The notes beneath the pieces are model-generated. The model had not been told where the DNA came from, ran no database searches, and saw only the letters and a list, made by a program, of their open reading frames with translations. Of a stretch of DNA of 64,000 nucleotides, positions 40,705-53,318 are shown piece by piece (the stretch's first letter is position 1; each line of letters begins with the position of its first letter). Location: assembly GCA_951406725.2 (NCBI GenBank), contig OX597827.1, positions 81,592,001 to 81,656,000 on the forward strand, given 5' to 3'. Both the position numbers and the translations under genes were made by a program. This stretch comes from Octopus vulgaris (taxonomy: Eukaryota).

Positions 40705-41112
40705 TCTCTCTCTTTTACTTACTTCAGTCATTTGACTGTGGCCATGCTGGAGCACCACATTTAGTTGAGCAAATCGCCCCCAGGAATTATTCTTTTTAAG
40801 CCTAGGACTTATTCTATCGGTCTCTTTTGCCAAACTGCTAAGTTACGGGGACGTAAACACACCAGCATCGGTTGACAAGCAATGTTGGAGAGACAAACAC
40901 AGACACACAAACATATACACATGTACATATATATATATACATATATGCGATGAGCTTCTTTCAGTTTCCGTCTACCAAATCCACTCACAAGGCTTTGGTC
41001 GGCCCGAGGCTATAGTAGAAAACACCTGCCCAAGGTGCCATGCAGTGGGACTGAACCCGGAACCATGTGGTTGGTAAGCAAGCTACTTACCACACAGCCA
41101 CTCCTACGCCTA
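40705..41112 (-). mobile_element. SINE family A, full length, interrupting a family B SINE
   Basis: Reverse complement of family A; family B head at about 40638-40685 and its remainder from about 41115. Confidence 0.85.
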
Positions 41113-42284
41113 TAGCGGCATTTCAATTGTCTTTGTTTTGAGTTCAAATTCTGCTCAGGTTCACTTTGCTTTTCATCCTTTTGGGATCTGTAGAATAAGT
41201 ACCAGTTACACACTGGGGTTGATGTAATTGACTTACACATGCCCCCAATATTGCAGGCCTTGTGCCAAAATTTAGAAATATTATCATCATTATTAAGGTG
41301 TTGAGCTGGCAGAATTATTAGCATGCTAGGGAAAATGCTTAATGATATCTCATCTGCCGCTGCGTTCTGAGTTCAAATTCCACTGAGTTTGACTTTTCCT
41401 TTCATTGTTTTGGGGTCAATAAATTAAATACCACTTGAACACTGGAGTCAATAATCAAGTAGTCCCATACCCCAAAATTCCAGGCCATGTGCCTATTATA
41501 GAAAGGATTATTATTTTTACTTATAATCTACATCTTTGTTACAGTCACTTGCTGAGACACAACCAGCATCCTGGGGCGAGTGAAGGATAAGAAATATTAC
41601 AATATGTCTGAAAGCTTGAGGAGGGGAGGTATCGAAACATTTTCATGTAATACAACACAAACAATTAAATGGATATGGTTTATTATTATTATTTATCAGG
41701 CAGCAAACTGGGAGAATTGTTAGCATACAAGGCAAAATGCTTAGCAACATTCTGTCTGTCTTTGGGTTCTGGGTTCAAATTCTGTCCAGATTGACTTTGT
41801 CTTTCATCCTTTTGCAGTTGACTAAATAAGCATCAGTTAACTATATATTTGTATATATGAGCATATAAGTATAAGTATATATTTATAGTCTGCTATAATG
41901 AATAGATAAACACATATAAAACATTTAAGGGAATATTCTTTTCCTTCTGAAGATATTTTGCTCAGGTCATATGAGTTTAATATTTACTTAATATTTACTG
42001 AGTATTAATTGAAACAGCTGTAAGGGATGATGATTAATTTGCTGTTAATAATAAACAATTAATAACTTCCCAATCTCCATTCTCTTTTTCTTCTTCTTCT
42101 GTGTGTGTGTATGTATGATGTATTTGTGTATATGTATGTGTGTGTGTGTATATATATTTATATAGTACGTTTAAATATTTGTTGTGCAAGATTTTTTATA
42201 TGAAGTCGTGTGTTGAAACAGATATTGTTACATTGGCTAAACTGGCAAAATGACCATTCCGAAATATAACTATATAACGAAATA

Positions 42285-43558
42285 TAACATGGGCCGTGAC
42301 TGCTGAGGACATGCGTAAGCTCGCGAGAAATGAAGCTAGTATGCTCCGTTGGATGTGTAATGTCAGTGTTCATAGTCGACAGAGTGTAAGTACCTTGAGA
42401 GAAAAGTTGGACCTAAGAGGAATCAGATGTTGTGTGCAAGAGAGACGATTGCGCTGGTATGGTCATGTGGTGAGAATGGATGAAGATAGGTGTGTGAAAA
42501 AGTGCCACACCCTGGCAGTTGAGGGGACCTGTGGAAGAGGTAGACCCAGGAAAACCTGGGTCGAGGTGGTGAAGCACGACCTTCGAACTCTAGGTCTCAC
42601 CAAGGAAATGACCAGAGACCGAGACCTATGGAAGTATTCTGTGCGTGAGAAGACCCGGCAAGACCAGTGAGAACAATCAAAATCAAATCATATATCAGAA
42701 AGCAGGGGTTAAGTGACCCATCCGTTCGTGTCCGCTGTCAGCCTCGTCTGGCACCCGTGCCGGTGATACGTAAAAGCACCATTCGCTCATGGCCGTTTGC
42801 CAGCTCTGCCTGGCCCCGTGTCGGTGGCACGTAAAAGCACCATCTGTTCGTGTTCGTTGCCAGCCACGCCTGGCCCCGTGCCGGTGACACGTAAAAGCAC
42901 CGTCCGTTCGTGGCCGTTTGCCAGCTCTGTCTGGCCCCGGGTCGGTGGCACGTAAAAGCACCATCCGTTCGTGGCCGTTTGCCAGCTCTGTCTGGCCCCG
43001 TGTCGGTGGCACGTAAAAGCACCATCCGTCCGTGTCCGTTGCCAGCCTCGGCTGGCCCCCGTGCCGGTGACATGTAAAAGCACCGTCCGCTCGTGGCCGT
43101 TTGCCAGCTCTGTCTGGCAACCGTGTCGGTGGCACGTAAAGCACCATCCGTTCGCGTCCGTTGCCAGCCTTGGCTGGCCCCGTGCCGGTGACACGTAAAA
43201 GCACCGTCTGTTCGTGGCCGGTTGCCAGCTCTGTCTGGCCCCGTGTCGGTGGCACGTAAAAGCACCATCCGTTCGTGTCCGTTGCCAGCATCGCCTGGCC
43301 CTGTGCCGGTGACACGTAAAAGCACCATCCGTTCGTGGCCGTTCGCCAGCTCTGTCTGGCACCTGTGCAGGTGGCACGTAAAAAACACCCACTACACTCG
43401 CGGAGTGGTTGGCGTTAGGAAGGGCATCCAGCCGTAGAAACACTGCCAGATCTGACTGGGCCTGACGAAGCCTTCCAGCTTCACAGACCCCAGTTGACCC
43501 GTCCAACCCATGCTAGCATGGAAAGCGGACGCTAAACGATGATGATGATGATGATGAT
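42285..43558 (+). mobile_element. 5'-truncated RTE LINE with expanded 3'-UTR tandem repeat
   Basis: ORF to 42670 (RRLRWYGHVVRM, RGRPRKTW); eleven ~60-bp units at 42717-43385; (GAT)n tail. Confidence 0.92.
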
Positions 43559-44051
43559 ATATATGTACGTACGTCAATATTTACTTATCGTTTATCCATA
43601 TATATATATATATGTATATAAAAATATATACATGCACACACATACTCATACACATAGACTCAAACACACACATATCCACACACACACACAAACTCATATA
43701 TGCTAATGCATTTATATGTGAACATTTATGTCTATCTGCATGCATCGTATATGTATACATAATTGTATTAAGATGTTTAACAACCATGTATTTAACATCT
43801 GTGTGAAATTACAGCCCATGGATTAACCATATGGCACTGAGGATAAAACTGATCTGTTTCCTCTCTCATTAAAGGCTCATCAGTTATGTCCTCTTCTTTT
43901 TCACACAGTACTAGTCTAAATCTACTTAAGAATGTAAACTACATTGTGTGTGACAAACCTCATTTACATAATGGTAGAGTTCTACTATAGACTTGTTAAT
44001 GAATTATTATGTATATTTATTTATCTATCTATCTAACTACCTACCTTTCGT

Positions 44052-44143
<92 letters not shown>

Positions 44144-44241
44144 TAGATAGATATATACATACATACACACATACAATGTGAATATCTTTGATAAACTGTT
44201 ATGTGTATGTGCTTGTGTATTATATGATATATGTATATATA

Positions 44242-44274
<33 letters not shown>

Positions 44275-46049
44275 GGTGGTGATGGTGGAAGTTGTGATAA
44301 TGGTAATTAAAAATAAACACCAATTTTATTTTGTGTTAACCTGCGTCGATGTTAAAGGTAAAATAAATAAATAAATAAATAACTGAATAACTGCGATCGT
44401 TACTTTACATCAGTTGTAACAAGGAAAATGGAGAAAAATTAGCAAAAAGAAAAAAAGAGGGAGAAAAAATTTATTACCCAAAATAAGATAATAAAATTTA
44501 AAAAAAAAACTACACCAAAAATACAACAAGCACTAACATTACATTCCACCTCACAGCTGTCTGTGTGTCTGAGAGAGAAAGAGAGAGATAACAAGGTAGT
44601 GGCAGTGGTTATGGTGGTTGTGTTGGTGTTGCTATTTACCATGTGACTCTATGGGTGTGAATGGATGCCAGTCCTAGGCACATGCCATTGTCTGACCAAA
44701 ATCTATCGATTCTATTGTTAGCGCAAAATAAGCAGGTTTATTGCAGGTTTTTATTCTTTGATAAACTGAGCGTATTACTGGTATATCAATCAGCATTTAT
44801 ACTAGCTTATAGCAGGGTTTTGGGAGTAAATTAACGAGGCAAAATATATATTTACTTGTCACCTCCACCCCTTTGTTTGCCGTCAGTGGGAGCAATTGGT
44901 GCCTCTTATTTGCAGTGTCTTTTATTTTGATGAAGAAACCTTTCGAAATATGGGAACTACCGGGAATTTTTGTTCATGCCCACACTTAAAGGCAGCTCTT
45001 CCTACCTACCTGCCTACCTTTCTGATTACCTACCCACTTACCTGCCCACCTACCTCTCCCTGGCTGACAATCAAATGGGCTGAGCTAAATAGGAATGTTG
45101 CAGAAAGGGTTCCAAAGACTCAGGGTTTGGTGAGTTGATAGGTTTTTGTCAGTTGAGGCTGGCTTTGTATGTGAAGATGGGAAGTTCTTCTCCAAGTCGT
45201 AGTCTTGGGGAAGGTGTTTAGACATAACCCATGAAACAAGTGTCCCTTCTGCAAGGTAGGGACATCATAACTTGGTATCAGTGTTATCACTGAAGCATAA
45301 AGGGCCAGGACAAATACCACAAGGCATTTTGGCCAAATTTCAAACAAGTCTTGATTGGCCCTGTATTTTCATTGATGCCAGTGGGGTGGGGGTGAAAGGC
45401 ATCTAATACCAAGGAAGCAGATACAGGAAATATATTTCTCACTGGTTTGTGATGATGATGATGAAGACAACAACAATAATAGTGGAAGAAATAAGTTTTA
45501 AGCCATAAATTCATGGGCGATCGCTGTCTTGAGATGTGCAGCAGAAGTGATCATCATTATCATCATCATTGTCCTCATCATTTAACATCCATTGTCCATG
45601 CTGGCATGGGTTGTGATATGATGGCAAAAGTGAGGAACCACAGTCATTGGATGAGAAAACAAGCAAACTACTTACAATACACAGTAAATTCGAACAGAGA
45701 AATGTTGTTGACAGGAGACATCTTAGGAGAGAGAGAGAGGCGGGAAGGGGTTGATATGCTGCAAAGATTGTATTTAGATAAAGGGAAAGAATATTTTGTT
45801 GTGTCTGGGGAGAGTCATAATGAAAGGAAAGAAGGAAACAATGTTGCTTGGTATAAAAAGAATGCAAAAAATGGTATTATTTGTGCAAGAAAGGAAAGCT
45901 GGTCTCTTAAATACGGAAGAGAGACAGGATTAAAAAAATTATAAAAAAGAGGCAAAAACAAAGTGGAAGAATAAGGTGATGCATAGTGAGTTGTTGAGAA
46001 AGATAACAAAGGACATTGACCCTGATAAAGGGTGGTTAGGGGTTAAGCA

Positions 46050-46620
46050 AAAAAAGAAACCTAAGATGGAGACCTTGATGTCTGCAGCAGGGGAAAAATG
46101 TTAAGAACAAACTGCATCAAGTACAAAACTGACCCTTCCACAGAATCTGCAGAAAGTGTGGTGAAACTGGAGAGACAATGTTGCATATTTTAAGTGAATG
46201 CAGCAAATTGTCCCAGAGAGAATAGAACAGAAGGTATGACAGTGTCACCAAAATGGTCAACTAGGAACTATGGAATAAGTTTGGATTGCAAAGAGCAAGG
46301 AAATGATAATCCAGTGTGGTCAGAGAATCAAATATCAGAAACCCAATATTGTACAGGGAGACAAAGAAAAGAGTCATGTCTGAACATAAACATCCCTTGC
46401 CCTGATGAGAGCAGAATTTTTGGGAAAGAATGAGAAAAACTGACACAAAACGAAAGAAGCTCTGAGGAGAGAAATGAAAATAAGTACATTGTTCCAATAA
46501 TTGTTGTGCTTGAGTAGAGCAGTGAACAAAGAAATTAAAAATTGGTTGGAAATGATAGGAATAAAAATGAAAATAGAGCATTACTTTGCTGTACAAGGAA
46601 TTTCTGTAAAGTTCTTGGGA
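46050..46620 (+). mobile_element. R4/Dong-like non-LTR remnant (CCHC knuckle)
   Basis: ICRKCGETGETMLHILSECS at about 46145-46205; decayed RLE downstream. Confidence 0.65.
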
Positions 46621-46877
46621 CCTGAAAAGAAAATACCACCTCATTTTACAGGAGGTGAACAACTGGTATATTAACGACACCCCTAGTAACTAGCTGAGTG
46701 TGTTGGGTATGATTATAATAATAATAACAACAACAACAATAATGGTTTCAATTTTTACTACAAGGGCAGCAGTTTTGGGGGAGGAGATGAGTCAATTACA
46801 TAGATCTCAGTGTCCAATTTGTAATTATTTTATTGACAATAATAACAAGAAGAAGTTAGGAAGACACTCGGCAAGAA

Positions 46878-47300
46878 ATGGAAAAGACTTACCATACTAT
46901 GGAAGCAAGAAAACCAAATATGGTCATAAAGGACAAAGTAAACAAACAGTGTAAGATTATGGATTTTGCAATTCCTTGTGAAAGTAGAGTTGATACCAGA
47001 AAAATTGAGAAATACCAGGATCTAGAAAGAAAGATGAGGAGATTGTGGAAGGCCAAGACGTTTATCATTTCTGTAGTGATTGGTGCATTTGGCACAAAAC
47101 CAAAATTGTTCCTTAAAAGACAGAGGAAGAGTGAAATTGAAACTCGCATTGTTGACCTCCAGAAAAGTACCATCTTACATTCTGCAAGAATCCTAATGAA
47201 GATTCTTGAGATTTGAAGTGCCTTGTAGTCACCAATCCTCAAGATAAAATTCCTGTTAATTAAATCAGAAAGCACTAGGGTAATAATAATAATTATTATT
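46878..47300 (+). mobile_element. R4/Dong-like non-LTR 3' end with (TAA)n tail
   Basis: ARKPNMVIKDK...IMDFAIPCESRV..KIEKYQDL...VVIGAFGT...LQKSTILHSARIL, followed by taataataat. Confidence 0.8.
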
Positions 47301-47821
47301 AATTTCTTTTACTTCCTACAAGGGCATGGTTGAGGTGAGACATGTCTAGGACAGGCTGTCTCATATGGTACCATACCCTAGGATTTATTGTTAGGAATAG
47401 GGTGTTAGATTAATCCTAGTATCAGTGATGTATTCATTGAAAGCCACCCAGGTAAATGCTGGGTGGAGGACTTAATGTATTGCCTGGTTTAACAATATCG
47501 TTTGGCATAACAGGTAATACCTGACCTGGTGTCTACCCCGGTCTCATGATATCCCTTTCTCACCAGTCATGTCAGTCCTAAAAACCATTTAAGAGTGATT
47601 CCCCACTTCTCCTCTGAAGAAGTCACGGAAAAAAAAAACACTAAAAGACAAAATTGATTCTGGCAGAGTTTCAATTCCAGTTATGGACATTAATGACTAT
47701 CACTCACCAAATATCACAAATGGCATTTTGTTCAGTGCTCTACCAATTTCAGAACATACAAACAGGGAAGAAATGATGTTGTTTAAAATTTTGTCTTACG
47801 TGCTGACAAACAACATATAAA

Positions 47822-47870
<49 letters not shown>

Positions 47871-48277
47871 TTCCCAGATCCCCGGTCGAACCGTCCAACC
47901 CATGCTAGCATGGAGAACGGACGTTAAACGATGATGATGATGATACTTTATTTAAAAGCAGCAGAATTACTCTGCCCCTGGTATTTGAGTACTCTTTTTT
48001 CCACCTTGTTTCACATTTATGTGTTTACTCCGGTATATATATATATATATATATATGCATGTATGTATGTGTGTTTGTGTATTAATGTTTGTTTTTATAT
48101 ACAGATACAACACAGATTTTACCACATACAAGAAAAAAGATTTTACAATAATCTAATGGGTCACTATACTTTGTAGAGTACAAATCTATTATTCTAAAAT
48201 AAGAATATTGTTGACAGTGACTTCAAAGTTTTATACAGTTAAACCATCATCGAAGTGTGTGTGTATATATATATATA

Positions 48278-49885
48278 TATGGACAGCTCCCTAGTAGATA
48301 AAGCAATTAAGGGTATGAAGCCAGGAAAAGCGCCTGGCCCATCAGGAATCACTGCTGAGATGCTTAAAACATCTAGTGGTGTGGGCTATAGCCTAGTCAC
48401 CCTCATTGTAAACCAGGTAGTTCATAATGGAGTCATACCCAATGACTGGCGTAGCATCATCATGGTCAACTGCTACAAGGGTAAAGGTGATGCTCTAGAT
48501 AGAAATAACTACAGGGGTATTAAACTGCTGGATCAGGTGATGAAGGTCATGGAGAGAGCCATAGCCCATCTCATTAGGGAGAGAGTCTGCTTAGATGAGA
48601 TGCAGTTCGGTTTTGTGCTGGGTAGAAGCACCACTGATGCCATATTCCTGGTTCAACAACTGCAGGAGAAATACCTAACCATAGATAAACCCCTATACTT
48701 AGCTTTTGTGGACTTGGAGAAAGCCTTTGACAGGGTCCCCTGATCCCTTATCTGGTGGGTGATGCGAAAACTGGAGATTAACGAATGGTTAATAAGGGCT
48801 GTACAGGCCCTTTACAGAGAGGCTGTTAGTAAGGTTAGGATTGGCAATGAGTATAGTGAAGAATTCCGGGTAGAAGTAGGGGTCCACCAAGGCTCAGCCC
48901 TTAGTCCCCTTTTATTCATCATAGTCCTCCAGGCAATAACAAAGTAATTCAAGACGGGTTGCCCCTTGGAGCTCCTCTATGCTGATAACCTGGCCCTCAT
49001 AGCAGAATCAGCACCGGAACTAGAAAAGAAATTTCGGTTGTGGAAGCTAGGTTTAGAATCAAAAGACCTTAGAGTCAATGTAGCAAAGACCAAAGTTATA
49101 GTAAGTAGGAAGGCGAACTCACTACACACATCCTCAGGTAGGTGGCCCTGCTCGATCTGTAGAAAAGGTGTAGGTAGAAACTCCATAAGATGTATCCAGT
49201 GTAAGCTATGGACACATAAGAGGTGCAGCAACATCAAAGGAGAATTAACTGAGGAGATAGCTTTCATGTGCGGCAGATGCACAGGGGCAATAGATACCAC
49301 AGATACTCAGAAAACAGATTCCATCACACTCCAGGGGGAGAAACTAGAAGTAGTTGATAGCTTCCACTACCTAGGTGACCAAGTTAGTAGTGGGGATGGA
49401 TGCTCAGAGAGTGTTACCACTAAAATAAGAATAGCCTGGGCAAAGTTTAGAAAGCTTCTACCCCTACTGGTGACAAAGGGTCTCACGCTCAGATTGAAAG
49501 GTAGATTGTACGACGCATGTGTGCGGGGACATGTGTAGGCTCAAAAGAAATGAAGCTAGCATGATCTGCTAGATGTGTAATCTCAGTGTGCACACACAAC
49601 AGAGTGTAAGCACTCTGAGAGAAATGTTGGACATAAGAAGCATTGGCTGTGGCGTGCAAGAGAGACGTTTGCACTGGTATGATCATGTACTACGGATGGA
49701 TGAGGAAATATGAGTGAAGAAGTGCCACTCCCAAGCAGTTGAAGGAATACGGGGTAGAGGTAGACCCAGGAAAACATGGGATGAGGTGGTCAAGCGTGAC
49801 CTTCGAATGTTGGGCCTCACAGATACAATAACAAAAGACCATGACCTCTGGAGATATGCTGTGACTGTGAACCCGACAAATGAAG
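48278..49885 (+). pseudogene. RTE reverse transcriptase pseudogene
   Basis: KAPGPSGI, NYRGIKLL, QFGF..GRSTTDAIF, AFVDLEKAFDRVP, GVHQGSALSPLLF, LLYADNL; stops and frameshifts. Confidence 0.95.
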
Positions 49886-50314
49886 TGAGTTCATGGATCG
49901 CATGGGTTGGGCACTTTGACTGAGGGCTGGCTAGCCAGAAGGCTGCACCAGGCTCCAATCTGATCTGGCAAAGTTTCTATAGCTGGATGCCCTAACAATG
50001 CTGAGAGGGTAGTGGGTGCTTTTTACGTGCCACTGGCATGGGACCAGTCAGGTGGTACTGGCATCAACCATGCTTGAATAATACTTTTTATGTGCCACCA
50101 GCATGGATGCCAATCAGGTGGTACTGTTATTGACCATGACAATGACTTCACCTGACTCAACAGGTCTTTACAAGCACAGTCTATTGCCCACTGATTGAAG
50201 GGTGCTCTTAGATGGGCTGGTTATGCAGCACTGGCATAGGCCACAATTACGATCTCACTCGGCTTACCAGGTTTTCTCAAGCACAGCATATATATGTGTG
50301 TGTGTATATATCTA

Positions 50315-50720
50315 CTGCCCCTAGGAGCTCCTCTATGCTGATGATCTTGTTCTGAACTAGAGCAGAAATTTCAGTCATGGAGGCAAGGTCTAGAAATTTC
50401 AGTCATGGAGGCAAGATCTAGAATCAAAGAGCCTTAGAGTTAATCTAGAAAAAAACCAAAATTTTAGTAAGTAGGAGAGCAGACAAATTACAAATCCCTT
50501 CATGTAGGTGGCCCTACTCGGTCTGTAGGAAAGGCATTGGTAGAAACTCCATAAGATGTACTCAGGGCAAACTATGGACACATAAGAGGTGCAGCAATAT
50601 CAGAGGAAGGTTAACTGGGAAAATAGTTTTGAGTGTGGAAGGTGCACAGGGGCAATAGGCACTGAAAATTTACAGAAAATAGACTCCATCAACTGCCAGA
50701 GAGTTAAACTAGAGGTAGTA
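50315..50720 (+). mobile_element. Second decayed RTE RT fragment
   Basis: gagctcctctatgctgatgatctt (ELLYADDL) through the zinc-finger region; homologous to 48960-49355. Confidence 0.8.
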
Positions 50721-50914
50721 ACTTAGTGGTTTGTCAATATGCTTGACTAAACCCTTAAAGTCAGTGCTCCATTATGGCCGTGCACCAATGACTGAAGCAA
50801 ATAAAAACAAAGGATAAAAGATAATGTGTTTATGTGTGAACCAATGAGGTTCAATGGGACCTAGACCTATTAGAAAAAACAGCCAAGTCACCCTCAAATC
50901 ATGTCCTGTTTTCT

Positions 50915-51295
50915 TAGGAGTGGTTGTGTGGTAAATAGCTTGCTTACCAACCATATTGTTCTGGGTTCAGTCCCACTGTGTGGCCCCTTGGGCAAATGTC
51001 TACTAGTATAGCCTTGGGCCAACCAAAGCCTTGTGAGTGGATTTGGTAGACGGAAACTGAAAGAAGCCTTGTGTATATATATACATATGTGTGTGTTTGT
51101 GTCCGTGTTTGTCCTCCCACCATCGCTTGACAACAAATGTTGGTGTGTTTATGTCCTCTTTAACTTAGTGGTTGGGCAAAATAGACCGACAGAATAAGTA
51201 CCAAGCTTACAAAGAATAATTCCTGGGGTTGATTTGTTTGACTGAAGGCGGTGCTCCAACATGGCCACACAAATGACTGAAACAAGTAAAAGAAT
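50915..51295 (+). mobile_element. SINE family A
   Basis: Full homology. Confidence 0.85.
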
Positions 51296-51303
51296 ATATA
51301 TAA

Positions 51304-51336
<33 letters not shown>

Positions 51337-52904
51337 GACACAGCATAAGGAGAATTCTAAATGGCTGCAAGAGCTGTTAGAAATAACAGCTAAATCTGCC
51401 TCCCACCATACTTTATTGTCTTAATGAAAGAAGGCTGTATTGACCAGTGTAAATTTTAATAAAAAAGAAAGAAAGACAAGAAGCTGCAACATGTTTATCC
51501 ATAGATGTGTCCATTGAAGCTAAAATGAATGTTGGAAGCTGGTCTCTAGAACAAGTGTAGCTGTGGGTGTGTATATATTGTCTGGTCGGCACCAGCAGCG
51601 TCTGCTACATTCTCTGATTCTGCTGATCTAGGAAGAAACGGTACATTGGTACCGATTACCAGCTGCTGCTGCTGCAGTTGGTGATGATGGCGATGGTTGT
51701 GGTGGTGGTGGTGGTGATAATGATGATGATGATAGTGATGTCGGAGATGATGATTATGGATGATGATGATGATGATGATCGCAGTAATGATGGTGGTGGT
51801 GGTGGCAGTGGAGACTGCGGTGGTAGCAGCAGTGGGGATGATGATAATTATGACGATGATGAGGATCATTGTCATCGTCATCACCACCACCACCATCCCT
51901 ACCATCATCGTGGCAGTAGTGGTTTGATAGTAGTAGTGGTAGTCATGACGTTGAGGATGATGGGAAGAGTAGAAGGACGATGGTGGAGATGATGATGATG
52001 ATGATGAAGGCACATGGTATAGAGATAATTGTGTCTATGCCTATCTATACCTGCATGTGTGTGTGTATGTATGTCTCCCTCTATGTGTGGCTGTGTGTAC
52101 ATGTTTTTGTTTGGGACTGTTTGTGTCTGTGTGTACATGCCTGTCTATGAGCATTAATGTGTATGTGCATGTGTGTGTTTGTGTGTCTAGCTATTATTTG
52201 TGTATATGTGTTTACCTGTTTGTGTGTGTGTGTGTGTGTGTGAGCTTGCCTGTCACCAAGTATGTGTGTGTGCTGTGTTTGTATGTTTGTGTGTTCACCT
52301 ATGTGCATGTTTTTTTATCTCTAGGCATTCCAACCACGACCATCCTGTCTTTTGTATATGTAAAACTACATTATCCAAAGACAGTGAAGTGTGATTTCAG
52401 GGAGACTTGTGTGTGTCCATATATATGCAAGGGACCCAACCCTTTCCTGGGGCCATTAAAGAAGTAGCAACAAATACCCTTGCCCATTCATTACTTTTTT
52501 TCTTATATCTTGTTTCAGTTACTAGACTGTGGCCAAGCTGGGGCACCACCTTGAAGGGTTTTAGTTGAACAAATTGACCCCAATACATTTTTTGTTCGTT
52601 TGTTTTAAACCTGGTCCTTTTTCTATTGGTCTCTTTTGCCAAACCACTAAGATATGGGGTTGTAAGCAAACCAACACCGGTTGTCAAGCAGTGCAGAGGG
52701 GTGAGATAAATACAGACACAGACACACACACACATAGAATGGGCTTCTTTCAGTTTCCGTTTACCAAATCCACTCACATTTGGTAGTTTCCCTCAACCAA
52801 ATCTTTTCTACTCCAGGCACAAGGCCCAAAATTTTTGGGGAGGGGGCCAGTCAATTAGATCGACCCCAGTATGCAACTGGTACTTAATTCATCGACCCTG
52901 ATAT

Positions 52905-53278
52905 GTGGAGGTGCAATGGCCGAGTGGTTAGGGCAGCGTACTCGCAGTTGTAGGATCATGGTTTTGATTCCCAGATCGGGCATTGTGAGTGTTTATTAAG
53001 CAAAAACACCTAAAGCTCCATGAGGCTCCGGTATGGGTGGGGTGGGGGTGAGCAAACCCTGCTGTACTCTTTCACCACAACTTTCTTTCACTATTTCTTC
53101 CTGTTTCTGTTGTACCTGTATTTCAAAGGGCCAGCCTTGCCACACTCTGTGTCATGCTGAATCTTCCCAAGAACTACATTACGGGTACACGTATCTGTGG
53201 AGTGCACATTAATTTCACGAGCAGGCTGTTCCATTGATCGGATCAACTGGAACCCTCATTGTTGCAATTAATGGAGTG

Positions 53279-53282
<4 letters not shown>
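52905..53282 (+). mobile_element. tRNA-derived SINE sharing the family C 3' body
   Basis: tggccgagtggttagggc head; tgtacctgtatttcaaagggccagccttg body shared with 55120 and 61430 copies. Confidence 0.7.

Positions 53283-53318
<36 letters not shown>

Noticed and set aside
42695-43506. Three overlapping 200+ aa minus-strand ORFs
   Set aside because: Stop-free frames of the GC-rich 60-bp repeat in an RTE 3' UTR.
44925-44955. ttgatgaagaaacctttcgaaatat as a hammerhead
   Set aside because: Core and stems too degenerate to separate from chance.
49885-50290. RTE ORF followed by an inverted RTE 3' UTR as a twin-priming product
   Set aside because: The tail-to-tail geometry does not fit twin priming; two insertions or a later inversion is simpler.
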